DNA from: a virus
Lineage: Duplodnaviria > Caudoviricetes
Direction: 5' to 3' (one strand)
DNA: 64,000 nucleotides
Virus record (IMG/VR): IMGVR_UViG_3300025387_000009
A program made the position numbers and the translations under genes. Shown here piece after piece: positions 46,098-54,284 of the stretch; position 1 is the stretch's first letter, and each line of letters starts with the position of its first letter. Under the pieces are notes generated by a model that was not told the DNA's origin, did no database searches, and was given only the letters and a program-made list of their open reading frames with translations.

Positions 46098-46172
46098 GTC
46101 GCCATCATCTAACGGTTAGGATACACGGTTTTCATCCGTGGAATAGGGGTTCGATTCCCCTTGGCGATGCCA
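46098..46172 (+). tRNA. trnE: tRNA-Glu(UUC)
   Basis: CACGG-TTTTCAT-CCGTG, CCA. Confidence 0.92.
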
Positions 46173-46180
46173 GTTTTTTT

Positions 46181-46254
46181 GGGCGTATGATGTAACGGTA
46201 GCCTGTTAGTCTTCCAAACTTAATGAGAGGGTTCGATTCCCTCTACGCCCTCCA
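46181..46254 (+). tRNA. trnG: tRNA-Gly(UCC)
   Basis: Loop CTTCCAA, U73, CCA. Confidence 0.9.
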
Positions 46255-46268
46255 AGTGTAAGTATAAG

Positions 46269-46853
46269 ATGAAAGATAGGGATAGCCTAATATTAGAATT
46301 TTTATACGAGAAGGTATCTTCTCCGATTGTTGTAGTCGGAGGAATTCATGGAGATGAAGTAGCTGGAACTATTGCTGCCGATAGATTTAAAGGTAAAGAA
46401 GGAATCTACGTTATATCCCATGTCAATAAGACAGGAAAAAGAAGAGATGGTTCAATTGATTTAAATAGACACTTTGACCAAAAGGATTCGGTAGAAAAAG
46501 AAGATAGAATTTTAAATAAAATTTTATCTTTAAAACCAAGAGTCGTAATAGCACTACATGAAGATTGTGATGGAAGTGGAATCTATGCTTATTGTAATCC
46601 AGAGTTTAAAGAAAAGCTAAAGGATATATTGGCATCAATTCATGCACCGAAAGCAAAGAGTGCATGTGGAGATAAAACAGAGGATGGTGTTATTTCTTTC
46701 GGTCACTTGCCAACAAAGGGAACATTAGAAAGAGCAATGAGAAAAAGAGGTATTCCTTATTGCACACTAGAAACCCCTATGGATTGGGATAAGAAAGAAA
46801 GAGCAGATTATTTAGAAACCATTGCAAATAAAATTATTTCTGCTTATAGCTGA
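46269..46853 (+). CDS. M14-type zinc carboxypeptidase/deacylase with leader
   Basis: GGIHGDE, DLNRHF, ALHED, TLETP. Confidence 0.8.
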   Translation: MKDRDSLILEFLYEKVSSPIVVVGGIHGDEVAGTIAADRFKGKEGIYVISHVNKTGKRRDGSIDLNRHFDQKDSVEKEDRILNKILSLKPRVVIALHEDCDGSGIYAYCNPEFKEKLKDILASIHAPKAKSACGDKTEDGVISFGHLPTKGTLERAMRKRGIPYCTLETPMDWDKKERADYLETIANKIISAYS

Positions 46854-47206
46854 TTTAAAAATTCTTTAGGGTGAGTATTAAATTTCTTCAAATACTTGTG
46901 GAGTTTTTCGCTGTTGAGTAAACCATGTAAAAAATTGTGATTTATATCATGATCATTCTTATAATAGATTAAGAATTTCTTGATCTTGTGTAAAAGGTTA
47001 TTCGGATCTTTTTTATGGTCATCCGATAACAGATCAATCTCCCAGATATCATCTCCGATATCAATATAGATAACATGTGGCTTCTCATCTGGTACTTCTC
47101 CGCTTTTTTCTTCTTCACCAATATCATCTTCTTTAATATCAGCACCAGAGTAATGATTCATCTTTTCATAAATCATCTGTAATTTTTTTTCGTCGTTATC
47201 TTTCAC
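46844..47206 (-). CDS. Leader-family protein
   Basis: MKDNDEKKLQMIYEKM; TAAATA 6 nt upstream. Confidence 0.6.
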   Translation of the reverse strand: MKDNDEKKLQMIYEKMNHYSGADIKEDDIGEEEKSGEVPDEKPHVIYIDIGDDIWEIDLLSDDHKKDPNNLLHKIKKFLIYYKNDHDINHNFLHGLLNSEKLHKYLKKFNTHPKEFLNQL

Positions 47207-47257
47207 TATTAATATTTATGCTTTACATGACACCTTTCTATGATAAGATATTAATAC

Positions 47258-47465
47258 GGTTGGGGGGTAGCAAATCACCTAACTAGGAAACGAATCTTTG
47301 CTGATTGGTAAGTTGGGATGACTTTCTGAATGGTAACTAGCGAAGCTACAGGAGCTATGATGTTACTGATTAGAACAACATTAGCTATACGGATAGGGCA
47401 GCGTTCCACGCAGCCTTGCCCGTTGAAGAAGGAACAAAGTGCGCAACAAAATCCTTCAAACACCA
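47258..47465 (+). ncRNA. Candidate ~210-nt structured ncRNA ending in ACCA
   Basis: TTTACA-16-TAAGAT promoter, five or more hairpins, paired ends, T run after. Confidence 0.55.
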
Positions 47466-47518
47466 CGTTTTTTTTAAATGGTTTATTGAAATGTATCGTC
47501 ATAACTATAAGTATTTTT

Positions 47519-48001
47519 ATGGATAATAAATGTATATTTTGTAGTAGACAAATTTTAAATAAGGGTTCATTAACCGCTCATCAAAAAACATGCAAACAAA
47601 ATCCTAATAAAATTAAATTTTATCATTCACCAAAAGCAGGTGGTCAAAGAGGATTAGTTGGTTGGAGTAAAGGTAAAATATTTGAAAAAGAAAATCTCGA
47701 AAGGAATTTACAATTGATAGAATCCGGTGAATATAAAAAATTTGGAGAAACTCACATAAGAAGAAGAATTAAAAAATATTTGATTCATAAGCATGGTCAT
47801 AAATGCATGATATGTGGTTTAACTGAATGGAGAGGTGTACAAATACCTTTAGTTGCTGATCATATAGATGGTAATTCTGAAAATAATGATCTCTCAAATT
47901 TTAGAATAATTTGCAATAATTGTGATTCCATACTGCCAACATTCAAAGCTAAAAATACAGGTAAAGGAAGAAAGGGAAGATATTTAAAAAAATATTCTTG
48001 A
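47519..48001 (+). CDS. HNH endonuclease with N-terminal C2H-type finger
   Basis: CIFC..HQKTC; CMICG..ADHIDGNSENN..NFRIICNNCD; TAAGTA upstream. Confidence 0.88.
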   Translation: MDNKCIFCSRQILNKGSLTAHQKTCKQNPNKIKFYHSPKAGGQRGLVGWSKGKIFEKENLERNLQLIESGEYKKFGETHIRRRIKKYLIHKHGHKCMICGLTEWRGVQIPLVADHIDGNSENNDLSNFRIICNNCDSILPTFKAKNTGKGRKGRYLKKYS

Positions 48002-48034
48002 TATAAAAAAATAATTTGATAAGATATTAAAAGT

Positions 48035-48123
48035 GGGAGCGTGACTGAGTGATTTAAAGTATCCGATTACTAATCGGAAGAACCCAAAAGGTTCCGTGGG
48101 TTTGAATCCCACCGCTCCTTCCA
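48035..48123 (+). tRNA. trnS: tRNA-Ser(ACU)
   Basis: TCCGA-TTACTAA-TCGGA, long arm GAACC/GGTTC, U73, CCA. Confidence 0.8.
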
Positions 48124-48128
48124 AATAT

Positions 48129-48220
48129 GGCAGGTTGGTAGAGTCCGGTTTATTGCACCGCACTTGAAATGCGGAGAACCTTTATCGGTTCCGTGGGTTC
48201 GAATCCCACACCTGCTTCCA
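48129..48220 (+). tRNA. trnS: tRNA-Ser(UGA)
   Basis: CCGCA-CTTGAAA-TGCGG, long arm, U73, CCA. Confidence 0.92.
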
Positions 48221-48226
48221 TTTTTT

Positions 48227-48298
48227 GCCTGATGAGACAGCAAGAGAAGTCCACGGTCTGCAAAACCGTTATGTTCGGAGCGTTACCGAAATCAGGCT
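48227..48298 (+). tRNA. trnC: tRNA-Cys(GCA), T-loop AGCGTTA, CCA not encoded
   Basis: GCCTGAT/ATCAGGC, ACGGT-CTGCAAA-ACCGT, U73. Confidence 0.78.
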
Positions 48299-48342
48299 CA
48301 TTTTTTATGATTTTTAGACCCTTGCCTAGTAAGTATATGTAT

Positions 48343-48936
48343 ATGAATAATTTTTACTATCTATACAAAATAACCAATTTAATTAATAAAAAATATTATA
48401 TAGGTGTCCATAGTACTAATAATTTAGATGATGGGTATATGGGATCTGGAAAATTGATATTAAAAGCTATAGAAAAATACGGAAATAAAAATTTTAAAAA
48501 AGAAATATTAGAGTGGTTTAATACAGAAGAAGAAATGTACAAAAAAGAAATTGAAATTGTTAATGAAGAATTCGTAAATGATAAAACAAACTACAATGTC
48601 AAGCTTGGTGGACCAGCTAATTTTTATTATGTAAATAAAAACAAATTAAACCATAAAAAAAATCAACACTTAATACATGCTAACAAATTAAAATCTGATC
48701 CAGAATATAGAAAAAGATTTGTTGAAAAAATGAAAAATGCCTTATCAAAGGAAAAACGATTAGAGTATAGCAAAAGGATGAAAGAGAATAATTGTAATAG
48801 AAATAGATTTTGGATATCAAACGATTTTTATAAAAAATCTAAAATGGTAACACAAGAACAGTTTGATGTTCTGTTAAATCAAAATTGGTATAAGGGTGTA
48901 AAATATAGAAAGAATAGATATTCAAATCCTACTTGA
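48343..48936 (+). CDS. GIY-YIG (Seg-like) homing endonuclease
   Basis: YLYKITNLINKKYYIG..YMGSG..KYG..NFKKEILE; TAAGTA 7 nt upstream. Confidence 0.9.
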   Translation: MNNFYYLYKITNLINKKYYIGVHSTNNLDDGYMGSGKLILKAIEKYGNKNFKKEILEWFNTEEEMYKKEIEIVNEEFVNDKTNYNVKLGGPANFYYVNKNKLNHKKNQHLIHANKLKSDPEYRKRFVEKMKNALSKEKRLEYSKRMKENNCNRNRFWISNDFYKKSKMVTQEQFDVLLNQNWYKGVKYRKNRYSNPT

Positions 48937-49000
48937 CGCTCCATTTTTATTACAAAAAAGACACATTTTAATGTGGTTCTACACTAGTAAGTATTAGCAA

Positions 49001-49753
49001 ATGAGCAGAGAATTAGACCCAAGAAGCCCAAAAAACGGAGGAAGATATTTAGAGATGGTCACAATTTGTGTGAACTATCCAGATTTTCTTTGGGTGACAT
49101 TACCACATAATTTACAGTATTTTGACAATGTTGTGGTTGTTACAAGCTTTGCAGATCGTGAAACTCAACAAATTTGCCGTCACTTCAATATTGATCCTGT
49201 AATTACTGATTGCTTTTACGAGAGTGAAGATCCTTTCAACAAAGCTCGTGGAATTAATTTGGGTCTTTCTCACTTAAGATATAATGATTGGGTTGCTCAT
49301 ATTGATGCAGATATTTTACTTCCTCATAATTTTAGAAATAATTTGTTTATGACTCCATTAAATAAAGATTGTATCTATGGAATGGATCGCCAAAACGTAA
49401 TCGGAAGAGCCGAATACAATAAATTAATCAAAAGTTCTGCGTTTAATAAGCAATATAGAGATAAATTTCTTTTTGAAAAACCAGTTTTAGAAGAAGGTGC
49501 AAGGCTCGTTCATCGTGAATTTGGATATGCTCCAATTGGATTTTTTCAGTTATGGCATGGTTCATACATGAAGAAATGGAATCTCAAATATCCAGATAAT
49601 CAGTATGGAGCAGAAAGAAGTGATGTTCAACATGCTCTTCAATGGAAAAGAGAAAATCGTATTCTTCTTCCAACGGTTTCTTGTTTCCATTTGGAAAGCG
49701 AAAGATCTTCCCAAGGTGTAAATTGGCATGGAAGACAATCTGCCGAATTTTAA
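49001..49753 (+). CDS. GT-A fold glycosyltransferase (GT2-like)
   Basis: VTICVNY..FNKARGIN..HIDADILLP..GFFQLW. Confidence 0.75.
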   Translation: MSRELDPRSPKNGGRYLEMVTICVNYPDFLWVTLPHNLQYFDNVVVVTSFADRETQQICRHFNIDPVITDCFYESEDPFNKARGINLGLSHLRYNDWVAHIDADILLPHNFRNNLFMTPLNKDCIYGMDRQNVIGRAEYNKLIKSSAFNKQYRDKFLFEKPVLEEGARLVHREFGYAPIGFFQLWHGSYMKKWNLKYPDNQYGAERSDVQHALQWKRENRILLPTVSCFHLESERSSQGVNWHGRQSAEF

Positions 49754-49802
49754 ATTTTTTTTGTTGATTTTATAATACATCCGTATTAGTATATTAAGAA
49801 TA

Positions 49803-49834
49803 CGGAGTGTAGCTCAGCTTGGCTAGAGCACTTG
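49803..49834 (+). pseudogene. 5' fragment of a canonical tRNA-Pro
   Basis: CGGAGTGTAGCTCAGCTTGGCTAGAGCACTTG, then breaks off. Confidence 0.65.
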
Positions 49835-49844
49835 ATAAATTTAT

Positions 49845-49917
49845 CGTATCGTCGCCTAGTGGCTATGGCACTTGCTTTGGGAGCAAGGAACCGAGAGTTC
49901 GAGTCTCTCCGATACGA
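49845..49917 (+). tRNA. trnP: tRNA-Pro(UGG), CCA not encoded
   Basis: CGTATCG/CGATACG, CTTGC-TTTGGGA-GCAAG. Confidence 0.88.
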
Positions 49918-50052
49918 GATTTATCTTAAAATACACCATCAATATATGCATAGTAAATATGTAGGCGAAATATTACCAATTGTGGAAAAATATGTTAAAA
50001 ATTTTATTGCTAAATTAGAAAATACTGATAAGATATAAGAACAATTTATTAT

Positions 50053-50128
50053 TGCCAAGTAGCTCAGCGGTAGTAGCGGCAAGCTGTTAACTTGCAAGTC
50101 GTAGGTTCGATCCCTACCTTGGCAGCCA
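50053..50128 (+). tRNA. trnN: tRNA-Asn(GUU)
   Basis: GCAAG-CTGTTAA-CTTGC, G73, CCA. Confidence 0.92.
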
Positions 50129-50178
50129 ACTTTTAAGTTATTTTTGACTTATCTTTGGGGTAAGTAATTAGGAATAAT

Positions 50179-51963
50179 ATGTCTATCCAATTTACGCCTA
50201 CTCTTCAAACACTCCAAATGAATCCAAATGTTGCTTGGAGTAATTCATGGTTTTCTGTCCCAAATACACAAGGAACACCACTTTATGCTCAAGCAGTATT
50301 TCCAGTAAATGCAAGTGGTGCAGGAAATACATATGTAGAGTTTGGTAAGAGAAATAAGAGTGTTGTAGGTGCTGCCAAGGTTTCCCTTTCACAGAATATT
50401 TATGAAGCTGACTTTGAATATGGTCTCCAGCCATTGCGTTGGGAGATTTTTACATCCTCCCAATACGGAACCGCTACCGTGAAACAGTTGCCAGGTATGG
50501 GTGGCGTACTCATGCAAATCCTTTCTGGCGGTGACGTAACCATTCGCCAATCAAGACCTTATCATAGATACCAGCCAGGTAAATCGATGTATATGGCAAC
50601 CGCTACGAATTTTGGAGGTCCTTACGGTGGTCAATATCAACGTGTAGGTTTCTTTGATGATGCAAACGGAATGTTCTTTGAGCAAGGTACACCAGCTTCT
50701 ACTTTAAATTCAACAACATCTTCTGTTTTAGGTTTATCTTATGTTGCGGCTGTTTCTTCTGGTGTATATGCAACAAGTGGTATCAATACAACTGGTTTAA
50801 ATACTTCTTTATCAGCAAATAACCCAGCTGGTATTTATGTTTGTTGGAGAAGTGATATTAATCCTTATGCGTTTACCGGAACTTCAACAAACTCAATTTA
50901 CACTGATTATAAAATAAGTTTTGATCAATGGAGTGATCCAAGTGGAATTAAAAATTCGATCAACTGGAATGATAACCAAATGTTATGGTTAGAATATTCA
51001 TGGTATGGTGCTGGTTGCTTACGTTGGGGTGTTCTTTTAGGAGGCGAACCCTATATTCTCCATGAGCAGACAATGGGTAACTTACAGCAATTTGCGTGGA
51101 GTAGAACTGGTAACTTACCAGTAAGATACGAACAGAGAGATACAACTTTCTCAAATACATCTGCTAATTTCATGCATTATGGTGTATCGGTTATCGTTGA
51201 AGGTCAGAGAGATCCACAAAGAGGATTTACCTATGCTTATGGAAATAGTGCAACCGTAGCTGTTCCTGCTAATAGAACATCAATTCCCTTGATGTCTTTC
51301 CGTCCTCGTACAATGGGTGTAATTGAATATAATAGTTCATATGCTCCTATTACATCAAATCCTGCTCCTACAAACAATTTTATTGCATTTTCTGGTTCAA
51401 ACTGGGCAACTAATCAATTAGTTGGTCGTGCAATTTATTTCCCAAGTTTATCTTCAACAACATATCCAAACGGATATACTGCTAAGATTTCTGCTAACAA
51501 TACAAATTCAATTAGTTTTGTTGATGTTGTTACATTAAGTTCAATTCCATTTACTCCTACTGCTGGTGCTCCTTACCAGATTGGTTTAATTGATCGTGGG
51601 CAAATTCTTCCACAGGATATGTTCATTACTTCAAACGGAACAGCACTTGTTCAGTTAATTGCTTCAACTCCAACAAATCCAGTTAAGTTAACTGGTGCAA
51701 ACTTCCAGCCTCTTTCTGCAAGTGGATCAACTTATTCATTTGCCGAATTGGATTTAAATGCAACTGCTGTAACTGGTGGTGAAGTTGTTTATGGTTTCTT
51801 AACCCCTGCCGCTGGTACGGTTCAGGACGTTAACTTGCAAAACTTCTTCCCATTATATAACAACATCCGTGGAAATACTCCAGATATCTTAACGGTTGCA
51901 GTTACAACTACACAGGCTGTTACTGCTGGTGTACACATTGTTGGTCAGGAAGCAATGTCCTAA
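50179..51963 (+). CDS. Large beta-rich virion-type protein, paralog of 39365..41536
   Basis: RQSRPYHRYQPGKS, QRVGFFDD..MFFEQ, LWLEYSWYGAG; TAAGTA upstream. Confidence 0.7.
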   Translation: MSIQFTPTLQTLQMNPNVAWSNSWFSVPNTQGTPLYAQAVFPVNASGAGNTYVEFGKRNKSVVGAAKVSLSQNIYEADFEYGLQPLRWEIFTSSQYGTATVKQLPGMGGVLMQILSGGDVTIRQSRPYHRYQPGKSMYMATATNFGGPYGGQYQRVGFFDDANGMFFEQGTPASTLNSTTSSVLGLSYVAAVSSGVYATSGINTTGLNTSLSANNPAGIYVCWRSDINPYAFTGTSTNSIYTDYKISFDQWSDPSGIKNSINWNDNQMLWLEYSWYGAGCLRWGVLLGGEPYILHEQTMGNLQQFAWSRTGNLPVRYEQRDTTFSNTSANFMHYGVSVIVEGQRDPQRGFTYAYGNSATVAVPANRTSIPLMSFRPRTMGVIEYNSSYAPITSNPAPTNNFIAFSGSNWATNQLVGRAIYFPSLSSTTYPNGYTAKISANNTNSISFVDVVTLSSIPFTPTAGAPYQIGLIDRGQILPQDMFITSNGTALVQLIASTPTNPVKLTGANFQPLSASGSTYSFAELDLNATAVTGGEVVYGFLTPAAGTVQDVNLQNFFPLYNNIRGNTPDILTVAVTTTQAVTAGVHIVGQEAMS

Positions 51964-52006
51964 AAAAGATCTTGATATTTTTATCAGAACCTATAAAATA
52001 TAGGTA

Positions 52007-52282
52007 ATGAGTAATTCTACATCAAGAGCTTTTCATGGAATTAATAATATTAATCCCAGACCTGAATTGAAAAATTCTTTTCAGGAAAGGGTTTATATTC
52101 CAATTAGTGACCCAAATAGATTTCTACCAATTGAAAATGGTAAAAGGGGTGAAACTATGGTTAATAAAACCATAGAAGAATGGATGAAAGAAAACGGATA
52201 TGATAAGGAAGTTGTATACGAAGAAAAAAGTTTTCTTCAAAAAATAAAGGAATTCATCTTAAACTTTAAACCTTATTTTTAA
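52007..52282 (+). CDS. Hypothetical protein
   Basis: ORF track. Confidence 0.55.
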   Translation: MSNSTSRAFHGINNINPRPELKNSFQERVYIPISDPNRFLPIENGKRGETMVNKTIEEWMKENGYDKEVVYEEKSFLQKIKEFILNFKPYF

Positions 52283-52288
52283 TTTTAT

Positions 52289-52362
52289 TACCCTTTGGTG
52301 TAACGGTAGCACCGCAGTTTTTGGCACTGTGAGTCATGGTTCGAATCCATGAGGGGTAGCCA
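52289..52362 (+). tRNA. trnQ: tRNA-Gln(UUG)
   Basis: GCAGT-TTTTGGC-ACTGT, U1-A72, G73, CCA. Confidence 0.9.
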
Positions 52363-52408
52363 CTTTAATATTGACACAAACAACAAAATAAAATAATATA
52401 GTTTCATA

Positions 52409-52495
52409 GGGTAGATACCGAAGCTGGACAAACGGGAATGACTGTAAATCATTTGGCTATTGCCTTCAGTGGTTCGAATCCACTTCTGCCCACCA
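52409..52495 (+). tRNA. trnY: tRNA-Tyr(GUA)
   Basis: AATGA-CTGTAAA-TCATT, V arm, CCA. Confidence 0.92.
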
Positions 52496-52502
52496 CTTTT
52501 AA

Positions 52503-53189
52503 ATGAACATAAAATATAAACTTGAAGAAATTCACCCCAAGGTTTTCTTGGTAACTATGGACAATTCTTATGATCTTGCGATGACATTTTGCAGGGTTCA
52601 AGAATTTTATGAATCCCCATATAAAGAGATCAGGGGAAAGTATTTTAGTATGATGGAGTTTCAAAGACTCTATACAATGAGAAGAGGTGGAGATTGTTTT
52701 ACCTATCCTATTGATTGGGCAGGGTTTAACGTTCCTAGTCATATCATTGATAAATGTTATGGTTATGTTGATACATTTAAGGATATAAATGAATACGATG
52801 ATGTGATTCAAGAGATTGATCACAAGATTACAAATAGTGATACGGATGCCCCGAAATATTATCTAATCGGTGCTCAAACTGGAAATCAATGCACAATCAA
52901 CCACGAGGTATCTCATGCTTTTTATTATCTTCATAAGGGATACAGAAAGGAAGCAAATGAAATAGTTGAAAAACTCCCAGAAAAACTTTTCAATAAATTC
53001 AAAAAACACTTGCTTGGTATTGGATATAATGATAAAGTCATTAAAGATGAAATTCAGGCTTACCTTTCTTCCGATCCAGAAAATTTAATGGATATTAACG
53101 GAACTACCAAAAAGGAAAATGAAATCATTGGAATTTCAAATATAAAACTTAAAAATCTAAAAAAAGAATATGCAAATCGAAAAGGTTAA
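52503..53189 (+). CDS. Putative zincin metallopeptidase-like protein
   Basis: HEVSH (HEXXH); RVQEFYESP..WAGFNVP. Confidence 0.6.
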   Translation: MNIKYKLEEIHPKVFLVTMDNSYDLAMTFCRVQEFYESPYKEIRGKYFSMMEFQRLYTMRRGGDCFTYPIDWAGFNVPSHIIDKCYGYVDTFKDINEYDDVIQEIDHKITNSDTDAPKYYLIGAQTGNQCTINHEVSHAFYYLHKGYRKEANEIVEKLPEKLFNKFKKHLLGIGYNDKVIKDEIQAYLSSDPENLMDINGTTKKENEIIGISNIKLKNLKKEYANRKG

Positions 53190-53715
53190 AAGCACCAAAG
53201 ATCTTTGGAAGCCACCCACTCTTCCTTGGTGGGAGGAAACTTATTGGAAAATTTGGAGAGTTTGGGATAAAGCATATTGGTATGTTTATTATATCTTTAA
53301 TCATCAACACGAAGCCATTCGTAAGGCTGTGCCAAAGGAATGGAGAGATCTTGATGGAATTGTAGAAGATGTTTTATCGGCTATTATTATCTCATTTGTT
53401 GAAGAGGAAAATGGGTTGGATCAAATCCAAATGATTCTAGACTCCTTGGGTAAGGATGATGAGTATCTTAAGCAAGAATGGGGAAGCGTTGATGCTTTTT
53501 GGGATTACTATGAGGCTCGTTATAAGGATTACCTGAGACTTCAATCTATTTATACATGGGTTAAAACCGGAAGAAAAGCCATGCAAAACTATTTGGATTC
53601 TATTGAGGCTAATGGAAATTGGCAGGAGTACGGAAAAGTTGAACATGATATTCACGAAAGAGATTCTGAATATCTTGCAGATTTGGTTCGTCTTCGTAAA
53701 TATTTGTGGACTTAA
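53170..53715 (+). CDS. Hypothetical protein
   Basis: ORF track. Confidence 0.65.
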   Translation: MQIEKVKSTKDLWKPPTLPWWEETYWKIWRVWDKAYWYVYYIFNHQHEAIRKAVPKEWRDLDGIVEDVLSAIIISFVEEENGLDQIQMILDSLGKDDEYLKQEWGSVDAFWDYYEARYKDYLRLQSIYTWVKTGRKAMQNYLDSIEANGNWQEYGKVEHDIHERDSEYLADLVRLRKYLWT

Positions 53716-53716
53716 T

Positions 53717-53792
53717 GCACGGATAGCACAGCGGTAGTTGCATTCGCCTTACACGCGAAATGTCGTCAGTTCGATCCTGACTCCGTGTACCA
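53717..53792 (+). tRNA. trnV: tRNA-Val(UAC)
   Basis: TTCGC-CTTACAC-GCGAA, CCA. Confidence 0.92.
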
Positions 53793-53824
53793 AGTTCTTT
53801 GTTCTTTGATAAGTATAATTTAAC

Positions 53825-54274
53825 GGGGGTGTACTGGTTTCGACTTAATTGTTGAATGCTATGTATGCAAGCAGTAGTTGATCGCTTGGCTACTATAAAA
53901 GGCGATTAAAACATAAACGCAAAGGCTATAACCAATGCAGTTAATGTAGTCAAGTCATTCGTGACAAATGTTGCAGAGTCTCTCTTCTCCCAAGAAGAAG
54001 ATTACTGTCTCATGGCAGCATAAACACCAAGAGTAGATCCTATTAAGCTCTTGTCGAATCACAATAGGTTGAAGTAGTTCTTGTGATACTCGTAAAATAA
54101 GTGCAAGCGGTGGTATGATGGTCGTTATTCACTCATACAGGTAGGTCTCTAAACATAGATAGGTTGGCATTGCCTTGTTACCTTTAGACAACGAAAGTAC
54201 GAAGTTTGCCAAAGCTTGTGTAGATTATATAGTACCCAATATTAAGGACGGGAGTTCAACTCTCCCCACCTCCA
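53825..54274 (+). ncRNA. ssrA: tmRNA, 450 nt, tag ORF 53919..54023
   Basis: 5' GGGGGTGTACTGGTTTCGAC; 3' GGACGGGAGTTCAACTCTCCCCACCTCCA; G3-U70; tag ends YCLMAA. Confidence 0.92.
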
Positions 54275-54284
54275 AGTTATTTAA

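Noticed and set aside
47258-48001. IscB/HEARO (OMEGA) system
   Set aside because: The protein is only 160 aa with no PLMP, RuvC or bridge-helix segments
48035-48123. Amber suppressor reading (CTA) of the Ser tRNA
   Set aside because: The 5-bp stem TCCGA/TCGGA defines loop TTACTAA, placing ACT at positions 34-36
48229-48240. Hammerhead core CTGATGA
   Set aside because: It is part of the tRNA-Cys acceptor/D arm, with no hammerhead stems or GAAA
48343-48420. Genome-wide AUA-to-Ser reassignment
   Set aside because: Both motif Ile residues of the GIY-YIG nuclease are encoded by ATA
49803-49834. tRNA fragment as a prophage att site
   Set aside because: No integrase in the window and no second flanking copy bounding an element
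47330-50038. ORF-track starts at 47330, 48169 and 49832
   Set aside because: They run through the ncRNA or tRNAs; internal ATGs behind TAAGTA (47519, 48343) are better starts, and 49832 overlaps tRNA-Pro
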